Shown: positions 9,798-17,870, counted from the stretch's first letter. The stretch is 22,750 nucleotides of DNA from an uncultured archaeon (GCA_964589775.1 CAZPUN010000024.1:1-22750); one strand, 5' to 3'. The notes: a model not told the origin generated them from the letters alone. Translations and numbers: made by a program.

Positions 9798-9837
9798 AAA
9801 TTAAGATAAAATCTATCTTATTTTGTAAAATTACAAA
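9798..9837. promoter_or_regulatory. Two adjacent inverted repeats upstream of the giant surface-protein gene (candidate operators)
   Basis: TAAGATA-N5-TATCTTA (9802-9820) and TTTGTAA-AA-TTACAAA (9822-9837). Confidence 0.4.
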
Positions 9838-10077
9838 GAATTATATTTGTGTGGAATTTCCTAATTGACCCTTTTTATTCATTGTATTTTTGTATTAGGT
9901 TCCATTTCCTTAATTGGCTAATTTTTGAATTTATAAAAAATAATTAAATTTATGAATTAATGAAATCGTGCGTTTTTTCTTTATTTTTGAATTCACAACT
10001 CTTAAATAATAATATTTATTATATTGAAAATAATACTATATACATACTTATCAAATTAAATATATGAGGAATTAAAA

Positions 10078-10584
10078 ATGAATGAAACTCACTTTAATTC
10101 TAGAGATGTAACTGTGGCAGCTATCTTGGCTGCATTCTCAGTTGTTGTGATTACTTTTTTGGGTCCTTATATAAATTCAGTGACTCATTTACCTGGTGGA
10201 TCTGCAGTTATTGGAATATTTGTATTTGCGCTCGTATTAGTTCATCGCTTTAGTGAGAAGAAAGGAATTTGCCTTTTTACAGCATCAATTACTGGAATTA
10301 TTGCCTCCTTTACACCCATGATGGCAGGAGTTGGTCCACAATCATTTGTTCTTGCATTTATTGTTGGTATAATTATGGAATTGCTCTATCTTATAGGAAA
10401 TGAAAAAGTCATTTTTGATGCATTGTTTGGTGGTATCGCAGGTTCATTGGGCTTAATTTTTCCATCATGGTTTCTAGGAATTCCACTTGCAATGTATTGG
10501 GCTGTATTGGTTGGTGGATTTATATCCGGATTGATAGGCGGATATTTTGGTGCTATTATTTCAAAGAAAGTAGTAATCATGTAG
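10078..10584 (+). CDS. ECF transporter S-component-like membrane protein
   Basis: 168 aa, about 6 TM. The N-terminus FNSRDVTVAAILAA carries the AxxxA helix-1 motif of S-components; later KKG..LF....TG..A. SD GAGGA at 10066-10070. Confidence 0.65.
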   Translation: MNETHFNSRDVTVAAILAAFSVVVITFLGPYINSVTHLPGGSAVIGIFVFALVLVHRFSEKKGICLFTASITGIIASFTPMMAGVGPQSFVLAFIVGIIMELLYLIGNEKVIFDALFGGIAGSLGLIFPSWFLGIPLAMYWAVLVGGFISGLIGGYFGAIISKKVVIM

Positions 10585-11098
10585 AATTATTATTTTTTCT
10601 TTTTCTTGGAATTATGAATGAAGTATTTTCTTTATATTGCTTATACGCATCACCAAATTTCTGTAATAATTCTTTTTCTTCGAACTTTTTAATATATGTA
10701 ATTAGAATTAATGCGAATAATCCTACAAATATAATTGCGAAAAATGATCTTGCGAAAATTGCGAAACCAAGATAAAGTAAAATTGTACCAAATGCCATAG
10801 GATTTCTGCAATAGGCATACGGTCCATCAACAATTAATTGGCGCGTAGCCACTTTTGGTATGGGTGTCCCTTTTCCTTCAGTGAATTGTACAGCGACCGT
10901 CCATATCCCTATAGCAAAGCCGATTACGCCACTTAATACACCTATTATTGTATTTAGTATGCCATAGTCTATTGAAATTAATGGGTATATGCTATCAAAA
11001 TACCGACCTAAGTATGCCAGCGTTGTTGGAACAAGTATTATAAAAATAAATCCCGCAGGAATTAAAAAGCCGATTCTTTTTATTTTGGAATATTCCAT
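10577..11098 (-). CDS. Isoprenylcysteine carboxyl methyltransferase / PEMT-family membrane methyltransferase
   Basis: G.GTP.P, LIVDGPYAYCRNPMAFG, and EEKELLQKFGDAYKQYKENTSFIIP. Confidence 0.9.
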   Translation of the reverse strand: MEYSKIKRIGFLIPAGFIFIILVPTTLAYLGRYFDSIYPLISIDYGILNTIIGVLSGVIGFAIGIWTVAVQFTEGKGTPIPKVATRQLIVDGPYAYCRNPMAFGTILLYLGFAIFARSFFAIIFVGLFALILITYIKKFEEKELLQKFGDAYKQYKENTSFIIPRKRKNNNST

Positions 11099-11243
11099 TT
11101 GTATTTCCCCTACTTATATTATTATGATCGTTAAATATCGTAGATGTATTTTTAATCCTTTCTAAAAAATCTATTTGCATTTATAATTCTTAACAATGAA
11201 CAGACTGTTCGTATGTTTTTGTAAAGTAATTTTGTTGGGCTTC

Positions 11244-11269
11244 TGCAAAAAATGAAAAAATATATATAT
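11244..11269 (+). promoter_or_regulatory. Putative archaeal BRE/TATA promoter of 11302..11781
   Basis: A-rich element followed by TATATATAT at 11261-11269, about 32 nt before the ATG. Confidence 0.45.
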
Positions 11270-11301
11270 CCGAATATATTATTTTAGCAACTGTGTGAAA
11301 A

Positions 11302-11781
11302 ATGAAAGCATGCAAACTCTTAGGATTATTACTTATATTTGGATTTACTCTGCCTTTAATGTCAATTCCAGTTTCTGCTTCTATCACAAATGATACAATC
11401 GATCTGCAAATTGTTGATGCATATTATGCAGATTTGGATAATGATGGTGTTCAAGACGATATACGAATTATTGCACTATTAAATGTCAGTGAGGAATATC
11501 TAAAAGGAAATACATTGCGATGGGATTTCGTTCTCAAAATTGAATTACCCTCTGGAGATTACTATGTGTGTAGTGCAGGAATTGTAACAAAAGCATCTGA
11601 TCAATACATTATATTTGATGCTTTGAATACAGTTACGGAATCCGGCTGGTATACTGCGATATTGGATGCACGATTTACAAACTATTTCCATGAAATGGAA
11701 AGCACTATATTTACATTCGATCCTCCTGAAAAAGGTGGTAATGGGACTCCTACATTAGTTGTTTCGACTGAATTGATTTAA
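11302..11781 (+). CDS. Secreted hypothetical protein with a DxDxDG Ca-binding-type loop, probable single beta-sandwich domain
   Basis: Signal peptide MKACKLLGLLLIFGFTLPLMSIPVSA; YYADLDNDGVQDD; beta-rich pattern including SGWYTA. Confidence 0.75.
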   Translation: MKACKLLGLLLIFGFTLPLMSIPVSASITNDTIDLQIVDAYYADLDNDGVQDDIRIIALLNVSEEYLKGNTLRWDFVLKIELPSGDYYVCSAGIVTKASDQYIIFDALNTVTESGWYTAILDARFTNYFHEMESTIFTFDPPEKGGNGTPTLVVSTELI

Positions 11782-11821
11782 TAAAAAAATTCATAACGTT
11801 TCATAACTCTAATTAAACAGA

Positions 11822-12901
11822 GTGCTCGGAGGAATTGCGATTTCGGACATTGATAACATAGATTTGACTCTTTTAATTGCACTACAGAAGATGCCTCTTG
11901 GTTCCTATAGCAACTTGGCAAATGAGACCGGAGTATGCGCACCGACGGTTCGAAACCGACTCGAACGATTGAAAAGTAAGAAAGTCTATTTCAGAGTTTC
12001 AGCAATATTAAATCATGAGGCATTAGGGTTAGAAATTGCAGATTATTTATTATATCAAAATGATCTATCTAAATTAGAAGCAATCGAACGTATTCTTGAT
12101 CGTCATCCCTATATTCTATATAGAAGTCGTGTCGTGGGTCAAAATAAAGGGATTTATGTTCAATTTAGAATTCCACAAAATACGAAAATACTCCTTGATG
12201 AACTTTTAACAAAGATGAAACAACTTGGTTATATTGAGGGATATACGGATTTTGAGACATTTGGAAATTCTGTATATAGCTCGTGTGATCTGGACGCTTG
12301 GAATAAACTGACATGGATATTCGATTGGGATAGTTGGTATCAAAAACGAATAAAGCCTTCAGAATTGCCATCATATTCAGAGGCTGTAATTCTTCATAAA
12401 TTAGATAGAATAGATCTTGAATTGCTACGGTTTTTAACAAAAGATGCTCGAATACGGCAGATGGAAATTGCGCGATTAATCAATACTCAACCATATACAT
12501 TAACACGAAAACGAAAATTTCTGCAGGAGCATGCAATAATCGATTACCGTGTTTTCTTAGGCTGGCGAGTGTTTAATATTTTTAATTCAATATTATTTGT
12601 TGTGCGGACAACTCCCGAGAAAAGTCGCGAGTTTGCTTTGCGAATTTATCAATATCCTATACCATTTCAATCAACATTTCGTTTTTCCAAAGACGGCTTC
12701 ATATGGTATGTCGCTCTGCCTCAAGACCAAATGTCTGATTTTATGACCGGCTTATGGAACATGTTTAGCGATTTTGACATGTACTGGATGGACTATAAAA
12801 CTAGCGAGACATATATCTTCTGGCCTGAGACTTTTGACCTTGAGAAAAAAAGGTGGAAGACATGTAGAAAATTTATGATTAATGATGTTCTTGATGGTTA
12901 G
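11822..12901 (+). CDS. Lrp/AsnC-type transcriptional regulator with two tandem wHTH-plus-effector modules
   Basis: IDNIDLTLLIALQKMPLGSYSNLANETGVCAPTVRNRLERL and a second copy LDRIDLELLRFLTKDARIRQMEIARLINTQPYTLTRKRKFL. Confidence 0.85.
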   Translation: MLGGIAISDIDNIDLTLLIALQKMPLGSYSNLANETGVCAPTVRNRLERLKSKKVYFRVSAILNHEALGLEIADYLLYQNDLSKLEAIERILDRHPYILYRSRVVGQNKGIYVQFRIPQNTKILLDELLTKMKQLGYIEGYTDFETFGNSVYSSCDLDAWNKLTWIFDWDSWYQKRIKPSELPSYSEAVILHKLDRIDLELLRFLTKDARIRQMEIARLINTQPYTLTRKRKFLQEHAIIDYRVFLGWRVFNIFNSILFVVRTTPEKSREFALRIYQYPIPFQSTFRFSKDGFIWYVALPQDQMSDFMTGLWNMFSDFDMYWMDYKTSETYIFWPETFDLEKKRWKTCRKFMINDVLDG

Positions 12902-13941
12902 ATCTTTGTATTTTGTAATATGTACTTTTCTTGAGTGCCTAAGGCAAAAATTGTAAATTTCTTTTTCTTTGGTGTTTCTACTCTTAGTGCAATTATTGGA
13001 ATAATCCGTATTGGCAGCTCTGGCTTTTTAAGTGGAGAACCCTTTTTGTTCTTGTAGTCCTCTTTATACTTCTTGAATACTTTCTGAAAGTCTTTAATTT
13101 GTGATTTGAGATTTTTAGTTACAAAGCCCATGAGTTCCTTGACATTCTTTTCATCAAGTTTCTCTAATGATGATATTTCCGCGTATTGCAATGAATCTAA
13201 TTTTATGTTCTTCGTCTCTATGGCTTTCTTTATGCTCTTATCAATTATCCATTCTGTTGTTCGACCTTCCTCAAATGGTGGAGTACCTACAGGTACATAT
13301 GCAACTTTTCCAAATCCCTCGCATCGCGAACAATCATCTTTTCCAAGTCCTTCACAAGTCTCACAGAGTACTTTCCCGGTTCCTGCACATTTGTCGCATC
13401 CTACTTTTCCAGTACCATAACAATAATCGCATTGGACCTTGATAGTCTTCTCTTCTTCGCCCTTCCCATGTATTTTTACTTTAACTGTAATTTCTTTTGT
13501 TCCAGTTCCATCACACTTCTTGCAGGATATCCATCCAGTTCCATTGCAGCTCTTACACGCTACTGTGCCCTTTCCGCCACAATCCTTGCATGTTATGCTA
13601 CCGGTGCCATTGCATGTTCCACAATCCGAAATCTCCATCTCTTCCCAATACGCTACTTCATCAGGTCCTTTCCAATCTTTGTGGTCCACAGATTTCGGGA
13701 AAATGTAAAATTTTAGTTTCTTTAGCTCATTCATCTTAACTACGCGATTTTCTCTCTTTTGTTTTGAACCGATAATCAAATCAAAGTTAAAAATAAGATG
13801 CCTTTCCGTCTCTTTTACGAATTCTGCAGCAGATATCGCATCTTTTTTCATTCCAAAGATCTTTGATAGCTGTGAGTCACTTAATTTGTCGATCCATTTC
13901 GAAAATACTTCATCCATGTTCGGAACGATTATTTTAGTCAT
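12898..13941 (-). CDS. Zinc-finger protein with eight DnaJ-type CxxCxGxG repeats and no J-domain (SSUH2-like)
   Basis: CGTCNGTG, CKDCGGKG, CKSCNGTG, CKKCDGTG, CDYCYGTG, CDKCAGTG, CETCEGLG, CSRCEGFG (about 13309-13623); no HPD motif. Confidence 0.8.
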   Translation of the reverse strand: MTKIIVPNMDEVFSKWIDKLSDSQLSKIFGMKKDAISAAEFVKETERHLIFNFDLIIGSKQKRENRVVKMNELKKLKFYIFPKSVDHKDWKGPDEVAYWEEMEISDCGTCNGTGSITCKDCGGKGTVACKSCNGTGWISCKKCDGTGTKEITVKVKIHGKGEEEKTIKVQCDYCYGTGKVGCDKCAGTGKVLCETCEGLGKDDCSRCEGFGKVAYVPVGTPPFEEGRTTEWIIDKSIKKAIETKNIKLDSLQYAEISSLEKLDEKNVKELMGFVTKNLKSQIKDFQKVFKKYKEDYKNKKGSPLKKPELPIRIIPIIALRVETPKKKKFTIFALGTQEKYILQNTKI

Positions 13942-14100
13942 TAGGCAAATAGTCCTCCTATTGTCTTTTGAATTACTAGTTTATTATTTGAATAATTTCC
14001 ATAAAAGTCCTTTCACAATTCATTTCAATTTCATGTTTTGCTATTTGTAAAAGCTGGCGCTATTTTTTGTAAAATATTACTATTGATTTTCTAGTAAAAA

Positions 14101-14127
14101 TGCAAAAAACTGAAATATTTATATATA
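14101..14127 (+). promoter_or_regulatory. Putative BRE/TATA promoter of the metacaspase gene
   Basis: TTTATATA at 14118-14125 preceded by an A-rich element; SD AGGAG at 14167-14171 before the TTG at 14179. Confidence 0.5.
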
Positions 14128-14178
14128 GGAAATTTAGTTATTTGCATAAGCTCTTAGAGCGAGCGAAGGAGTGTTTGT

Positions 14179-15321
14179 TTGCGTATGAAAAAGAATATGA
14201 TCTTTGGTATAATGCTCATTAGCTTTATGCTTACAATGAGCTTAATGCCAAGTGTTGTTGCAGCAAATAATACATTTGCAAGAGCTGGAGGACCACCCTG
14301 GCAGAATACAAATCAGACACCAAGCGTGGATATCACTGCGCCATCAAATGGAGCAACGGTGTCTGGAACAGTTACGATAACAGTAACTGCATCAGACCCT
14401 GAAGATGGGACACTAACGCCAAAAATATACATTGATGGAAATTTAGTTGCAACGGCCAACTCTTATGAATGGGATACGACAACTGTTGAAGACGGAACAC
14501 ATACAATTAGAGCTGAGGCTACTGATAGTGATGGAGCTACTGGTAGTGACACGATTTCTGTTACTGTTTCAAATAATGGTGGCGGTGGCACTACTGGTGG
14601 CGACGGTATTGTAAATCGCTATGCAGTTATCGTAGGAATTTCAGACTACAAAGCCATCAATGACCTGAGTTATTGTGATGAAGATGCTACCGATTGGTAC
14701 AACTACCTCCATGCATTAGGTTATCAAATTGTTTTACTTGGTGATGATACAAATAACTATCCTCAATGGGACGGTTTGGCAACTGAAGCGAATGTTAAAG
14801 CAGCCTTGAGAAATATGATTTCCAAAGCTGATGCTGATGATATCATTGTCTACGCCAGTTCAGGACATGGTACCGAGATCAAAAATGGTGTCGGTAGATA
14901 CGCTACCTATAGTCAAGCACTATGTATGTGGGACTGTTCCGCCGGTGAGGATGGTGAAGACGGTCTATTATACGATACTGAACTAGCAGATATCTTTGCT
15001 GCAGCAGTTAGTCGCACATTCATTTTCCTTGACCATTGTTATAGTGGTGGAATGGATGAAGTAATGGACAATGCAAACAGTGCATTAATTTACATGACAA
15101 CTACTTGCACCGATGATGGATACGGTTATGATGACTCTACCCATCAGAATGGTGCATGGACTTACTGGTTCTTAGAGGCTGGATTAATCGATCATTTCGG
15201 TAGCGATCCAAACACCACTATGGAAGAGGCTTTTGATTGGGCATTGGCCCAATATCCTTACGATGGTGGAGACACTCCACAGGAATTCGATGGTAATCCT
15301 GCGGAGCCATTCACTTTATAA
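14179..15321 (+). CDS. Secreted caspase-family (peptidase C14, metacaspase-like) protease with an N-terminal bacterial Ig-like domain
   Basis: Signal peptide; Ig domain (PSVDITAPSNGATVSGTVTITVTASD...WDTTTVEDGTHTIRAEATD); Gly linker; RYAVIVGISDY, LSYCDEDA, catalytic SGHG (His 14866-14868) and DHCYSGG (Cys 15037-15039), NGAWTY. Confidence 0.9.
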   Translation: MRMKKNMIFGIMLISFMLTMSLMPSVVAANNTFARAGGPPWQNTNQTPSVDITAPSNGATVSGTVTITVTASDPEDGTLTPKIYIDGNLVATANSYEWDTTTVEDGTHTIRAEATDSDGATGSDTISVTVSNNGGGGTTGGDGIVNRYAVIVGISDYKAINDLSYCDEDATDWYNYLHALGYQIVLLGDDTNNYPQWDGLATEANVKAALRNMISKADADDIIVYASSGHGTEIKNGVGRYATYSQALCMWDCSAGEDGEDGLLYDTELADIFAAAVSRTFIFLDHCYSGGMDEVMDNANSALIYMTTTCTDDGYGYDDSTHQNGAWTYWFLEAGLIDHFGSDPNTTMEEAFDWALAQYPYDGGDTPQEFDGNPAEPFTL

Positions 15322-15335
15322 ACAAAAGCATCACA

Positions 15336-15374
15336 TTCTTCCTTTTTTTCTTTTTTTAAAAAATGGAAAAAGAA
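15336..15374. terminator. Probable bidirectional terminator between convergent genes
   Basis: Pyrimidine/T tract (TTCTTCCTTTTTTTCTTTTTTT) followed by a purine/A tract (AAAAAATGGAAAAAGAAG). Confidence 0.55.
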
Positions 15375-15380
15375 GTAAAT

Positions 15381-16016
15381 TTACTTTCTTTTGCGGTGTT
15401 TTCGCTTATAATTTACGTAAATACTATATCCACGTAGGACAAAGATAATCACTAAAATTACTATTGAGACGGGCATTAGCCATGCATAATTATGGTAGTC
15501 TGCAAAAATGTGGAAAGTTCCAAAAATCACTCCAATGTAAGTTATTCTTTGTGTCCAAATAAGATACTTACGCTTGATCTTTTTGATCAATCGATAATAT
15601 ACTAAACCAAATAAAGCTGCAATTACCATAAATAGAAATGCCCAACGACCGTATTCTAGACCCACAATAGGATTTAACGGATCAATTAATGAGAAGTTCA
15701 ATGTCGGGAAAAGCTCATAGAATTGATATACGCCCAACCATTCATTAACCTGAGATAATAAAGCTGCATGAATTATCGCGAAGAATATGGCCAGAAATGC
15801 AATCGTGCAATGAATATCTATCATATACTTTGCTTTTATTCTTAAAGCTCTTGCTATTTTGCTTCTAATTATCGGCTCTCCAATGATGATAGCAATTACC
15901 ATTAGGAAATATGATAGAACTCCTAAGAAATCTGGAAGTAATCTTGCTCCTGCCCCAATATGTGGTTGCATATTTGTATAGTATTCTATAGTCTGCTCAA
16001 TTATCATTGTTTTCAC
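15381..16016 (-). CDS. Ferric reductase-like transmembrane (MsrQ-like, heme b) protein
   Basis: Helix HCTIAFLAIFFAIIH with paired His; later WTQRITY......FH matching the W..LHRLxY......H pattern. GTG start. Confidence 0.65.
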   Translation of the reverse strand: MKTMIIEQTIEYYTNMQPHIGAGARLLPDFLGVLSYFLMVIAIIIGEPIIRSKIARALRIKAKYMIDIHCTIAFLAIFFAIIHAALLSQVNEWLGVYQFYELFPTLNFSLIDPLNPIVGLEYGRWAFLFMVIAALFGLVYYRLIKKIKRKYLIWTQRITYIGVIFGTFHIFADYHNYAWLMPVSIVILVIIFVLRGYSIYVNYKRKHRKRK

Positions 16017-16138
16017 CTTTATTACAAAAAAATTTTTTATAAATAAAAATTCTTTTTTAATTTATTAATTTTTAAAAAATATTTTGTATATATATGTTTT
16101 TTTAATACATAATATCCTTTATTAATCCTTTAAATAAT

Positions 16139-16199
16139 TTACATTTTCTAAATATCTGATATTTTTATATAATATATAATTACATTTTCTAAGTATTTG
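16139..16199 (+). repeat. 20-bp imperfect direct repeat, 41-bp period
   Basis: TTACATTTTCTAAATATCTG (16139-16158) and TTACATTTTCTAAGTATTTG (16180-16199), two mismatches. Confidence 0.6.
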
Positions 16200-16257
16200 C
16201 CTAAAATTTGAAATAGAACTCTGAAAAACCAATATTGTTTAAATTTGATCGTAATGT

Positions 16258-16278
16258 TAATGATTTTTAAAATCATTA
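16258..16278. promoter_or_regulatory. Perfect 10-1-10 palindrome, candidate operator
   Basis: TAATGATTTT-T-AAAATCATTA in the divergent intergenic region between the ferric-reductase-like gene and the V4R cluster. Confidence 0.55.
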
Positions 16279-16591
16279 TTTCAGAGATTACATGTATGGA
16301 AGGATTTTTTATTATTTACTTTTCAGTTCTTTATGCTTATATACATCATGTGCAATAATTGACTAATTTTTAAGGCGTTATGGTATATTTTAAAAATGAA
16401 ATCAATGAAAACAAAAATATTGTAGAGAGCGACATGTAGTAGATTCGTTTTTAAAGGAGTATGTGAAAATTACAAAAAATTCAAAATATAAAAAAAATGT
16501 TTTTATTTTTATGATTTTTCTTAAAGAAATTATACATTATTATAAACAATCTTATAAATATTTTAATATATCGTAAATTTGAGGTGAAATT

Positions 16592-17119
16592 ATGACCGTT
16601 AATGCAAATGATATTTTAAAAGATATTACCTATGAAGACGGAATCTTAAGACAAATGGGTAAGCGAATTGTAATTGTACCATTTGCGTGGCTAATTAATT
16701 TGCAGAAGGAAATTGAAAACATTTTAGGTTCTGATGGTGCATATGTTCTAATAAAAAATGCCTCATATAAAGCAGGAATCGGTGTAGCAAATGAAATCAA
16801 TGCATTTTTAAAAAGCAAATCTCTTGAAGAGAAAATACAATTCTATCTGAATATTGTTAATACGGCCGGATGGGGAAAAGTCACATTAGTTAAAATTAAT
16901 AAAGATCCTCTAGAAGTTGTATTGAAATATGAACATTCTTATGTTGAAGGGCATTATCAAAATGAAAGTGAAGGAAAATGCTATTATATATCATCAGTGA
17001 GTGCTGTAATTGAGGAATTTATGAAGTTTGAGGGAATCAATTATCCATTGGAAGCAATTGAGACAAAATGTGTAGCAAAGGGAGACCCATATTGTGAATT
17101 TATTATTAAAAAAGCATAG
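16592..17119 (+). CDS. Stand-alone V4R (4-vinyl reductase/XylR-N-like) domain protein, paralogue 1
   Basis: DG.L...GKR, GWG, GKCY, ETKCVAKGDPYCEF; SD GAGGTG at 16581-16586. Confidence 0.9.
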   Translation: MTVNANDILKDITYEDGILRQMGKRIVIVPFAWLINLQKEIENILGSDGAYVLIKNASYKAGIGVANEINAFLKSKSLEEKIQFYLNIVNTAGWGKVTLVKINKDPLEVVLKYEHSYVEGHYQNESEGKCYYISSVSAVIEEFMKFEGINYPLEAIETKCVAKGDPYCEFIIKKA

Positions 17120-17193
17120 TGTTATTCTTTTTTACACTAATAATGAAATTTTTAATAATTTAATTCAATAATAGTAATAAATGGTGTATTAAA

Positions 17194-17724
17194 ATGTCTA
17201 TGGACATTAATAATTTGTTAGAAGGAATTGAATACAAAGACGGAATACTAACACACCGGGGCAAGCGAATTTTGATAGTGCCATTTTCATGGCTAATAAA
17301 TTTACAAAAGGAAATCGAGAACATTCTAGGTCCAGAAGGTGCTTATGTTTTAATTCGCAAGGCATCATATGAAGGTGGAGCTGAATTTGCTAAAGATTCT
17401 GAGCGTCTATTCGGTCATTTGCCCCTTGAACATAAAATTCGAGCATATCTTCAAATCAGTAGTTTAACCGGTTGGGGAAAACTATCTTTGGAAAAGTTTC
17501 AACTCGATCCTCTTGAGATCATTGTAAAATATGAGCATTCATACATTGAGGGTGCTTATGAAGGTGAATCAGAAGGAAAATGCTATTTCTTCACATCTGT
17601 AGCTGCAGTAATTGAGCAATATTTGAAGAAAGAAGGCATTAATTTCGAAATTGAAGCTATTGAGACTAAATGTATAGCAAAAGGGGATCCATATTGCGAG
17701 TTTGTTTTTAGAAAACACTCCTAA
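17194..17724 (+). CDS. Stand-alone V4R domain protein, paralogue 2
   Basis: Same motifs: TGWGK, GKCYF, ETKCIAKGDPYCEF. Confidence 0.9.
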   Translation: MSMDINNLLEGIEYKDGILTHRGKRILIVPFSWLINLQKEIENILGPEGAYVLIRKASYEGGAEFAKDSERLFGHLPLEHKIRAYLQISSLTGWGKLSLEKFQLDPLEIIVKYEHSYIEGAYEGESEGKCYFFTSVAAVIEQYLKKEGINFEIEAIETKCIAKGDPYCEFVFRKHS

Positions 17725-17870
17725 ATTTTTTATTTTTTATATTGATATTTTAAAATTTTTCAAAATAAATCCAAACATTAGGAATTTTGAAAACATATAT
17801 ATATCAGTTTTTACAAATATTATATACTTTAAATAATTCGTGTACTCGCTAAATTTATTGGTGAATAAAC

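Noticed and set aside
10577-11098. ICMT acting on the pseudo-GTPase or SSUH2-like protein as a prenylation system
   Set aside because: Neither protein ends in a CaaX or CC motif (VAIIK; QNTKI), and this methyltransferase family is widespread in prokaryotes.
13106-13739. Five overlapping + strand ORFs over the Zn-finger repeats
   Set aside because: Antisense to the Cys/Gly-repeat region, whose codon bias lowers stop frequency.
12898-13941. Calling this gene dnaJ
   Set aside because: No J-domain or HPD motif, no G/F region, and eight rather than four CxxCxGxG repeats.
16139-16199. Mini-CRISPR interpretation of the 41-bp-period repeat
   Set aside because: Only two copies, 21-bp AT-rich spacer, no cas genes.
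16280-16500. Possible decayed gene in the divergent intergenic region
   Set aside because: Only very short frames with no recognisable motif.
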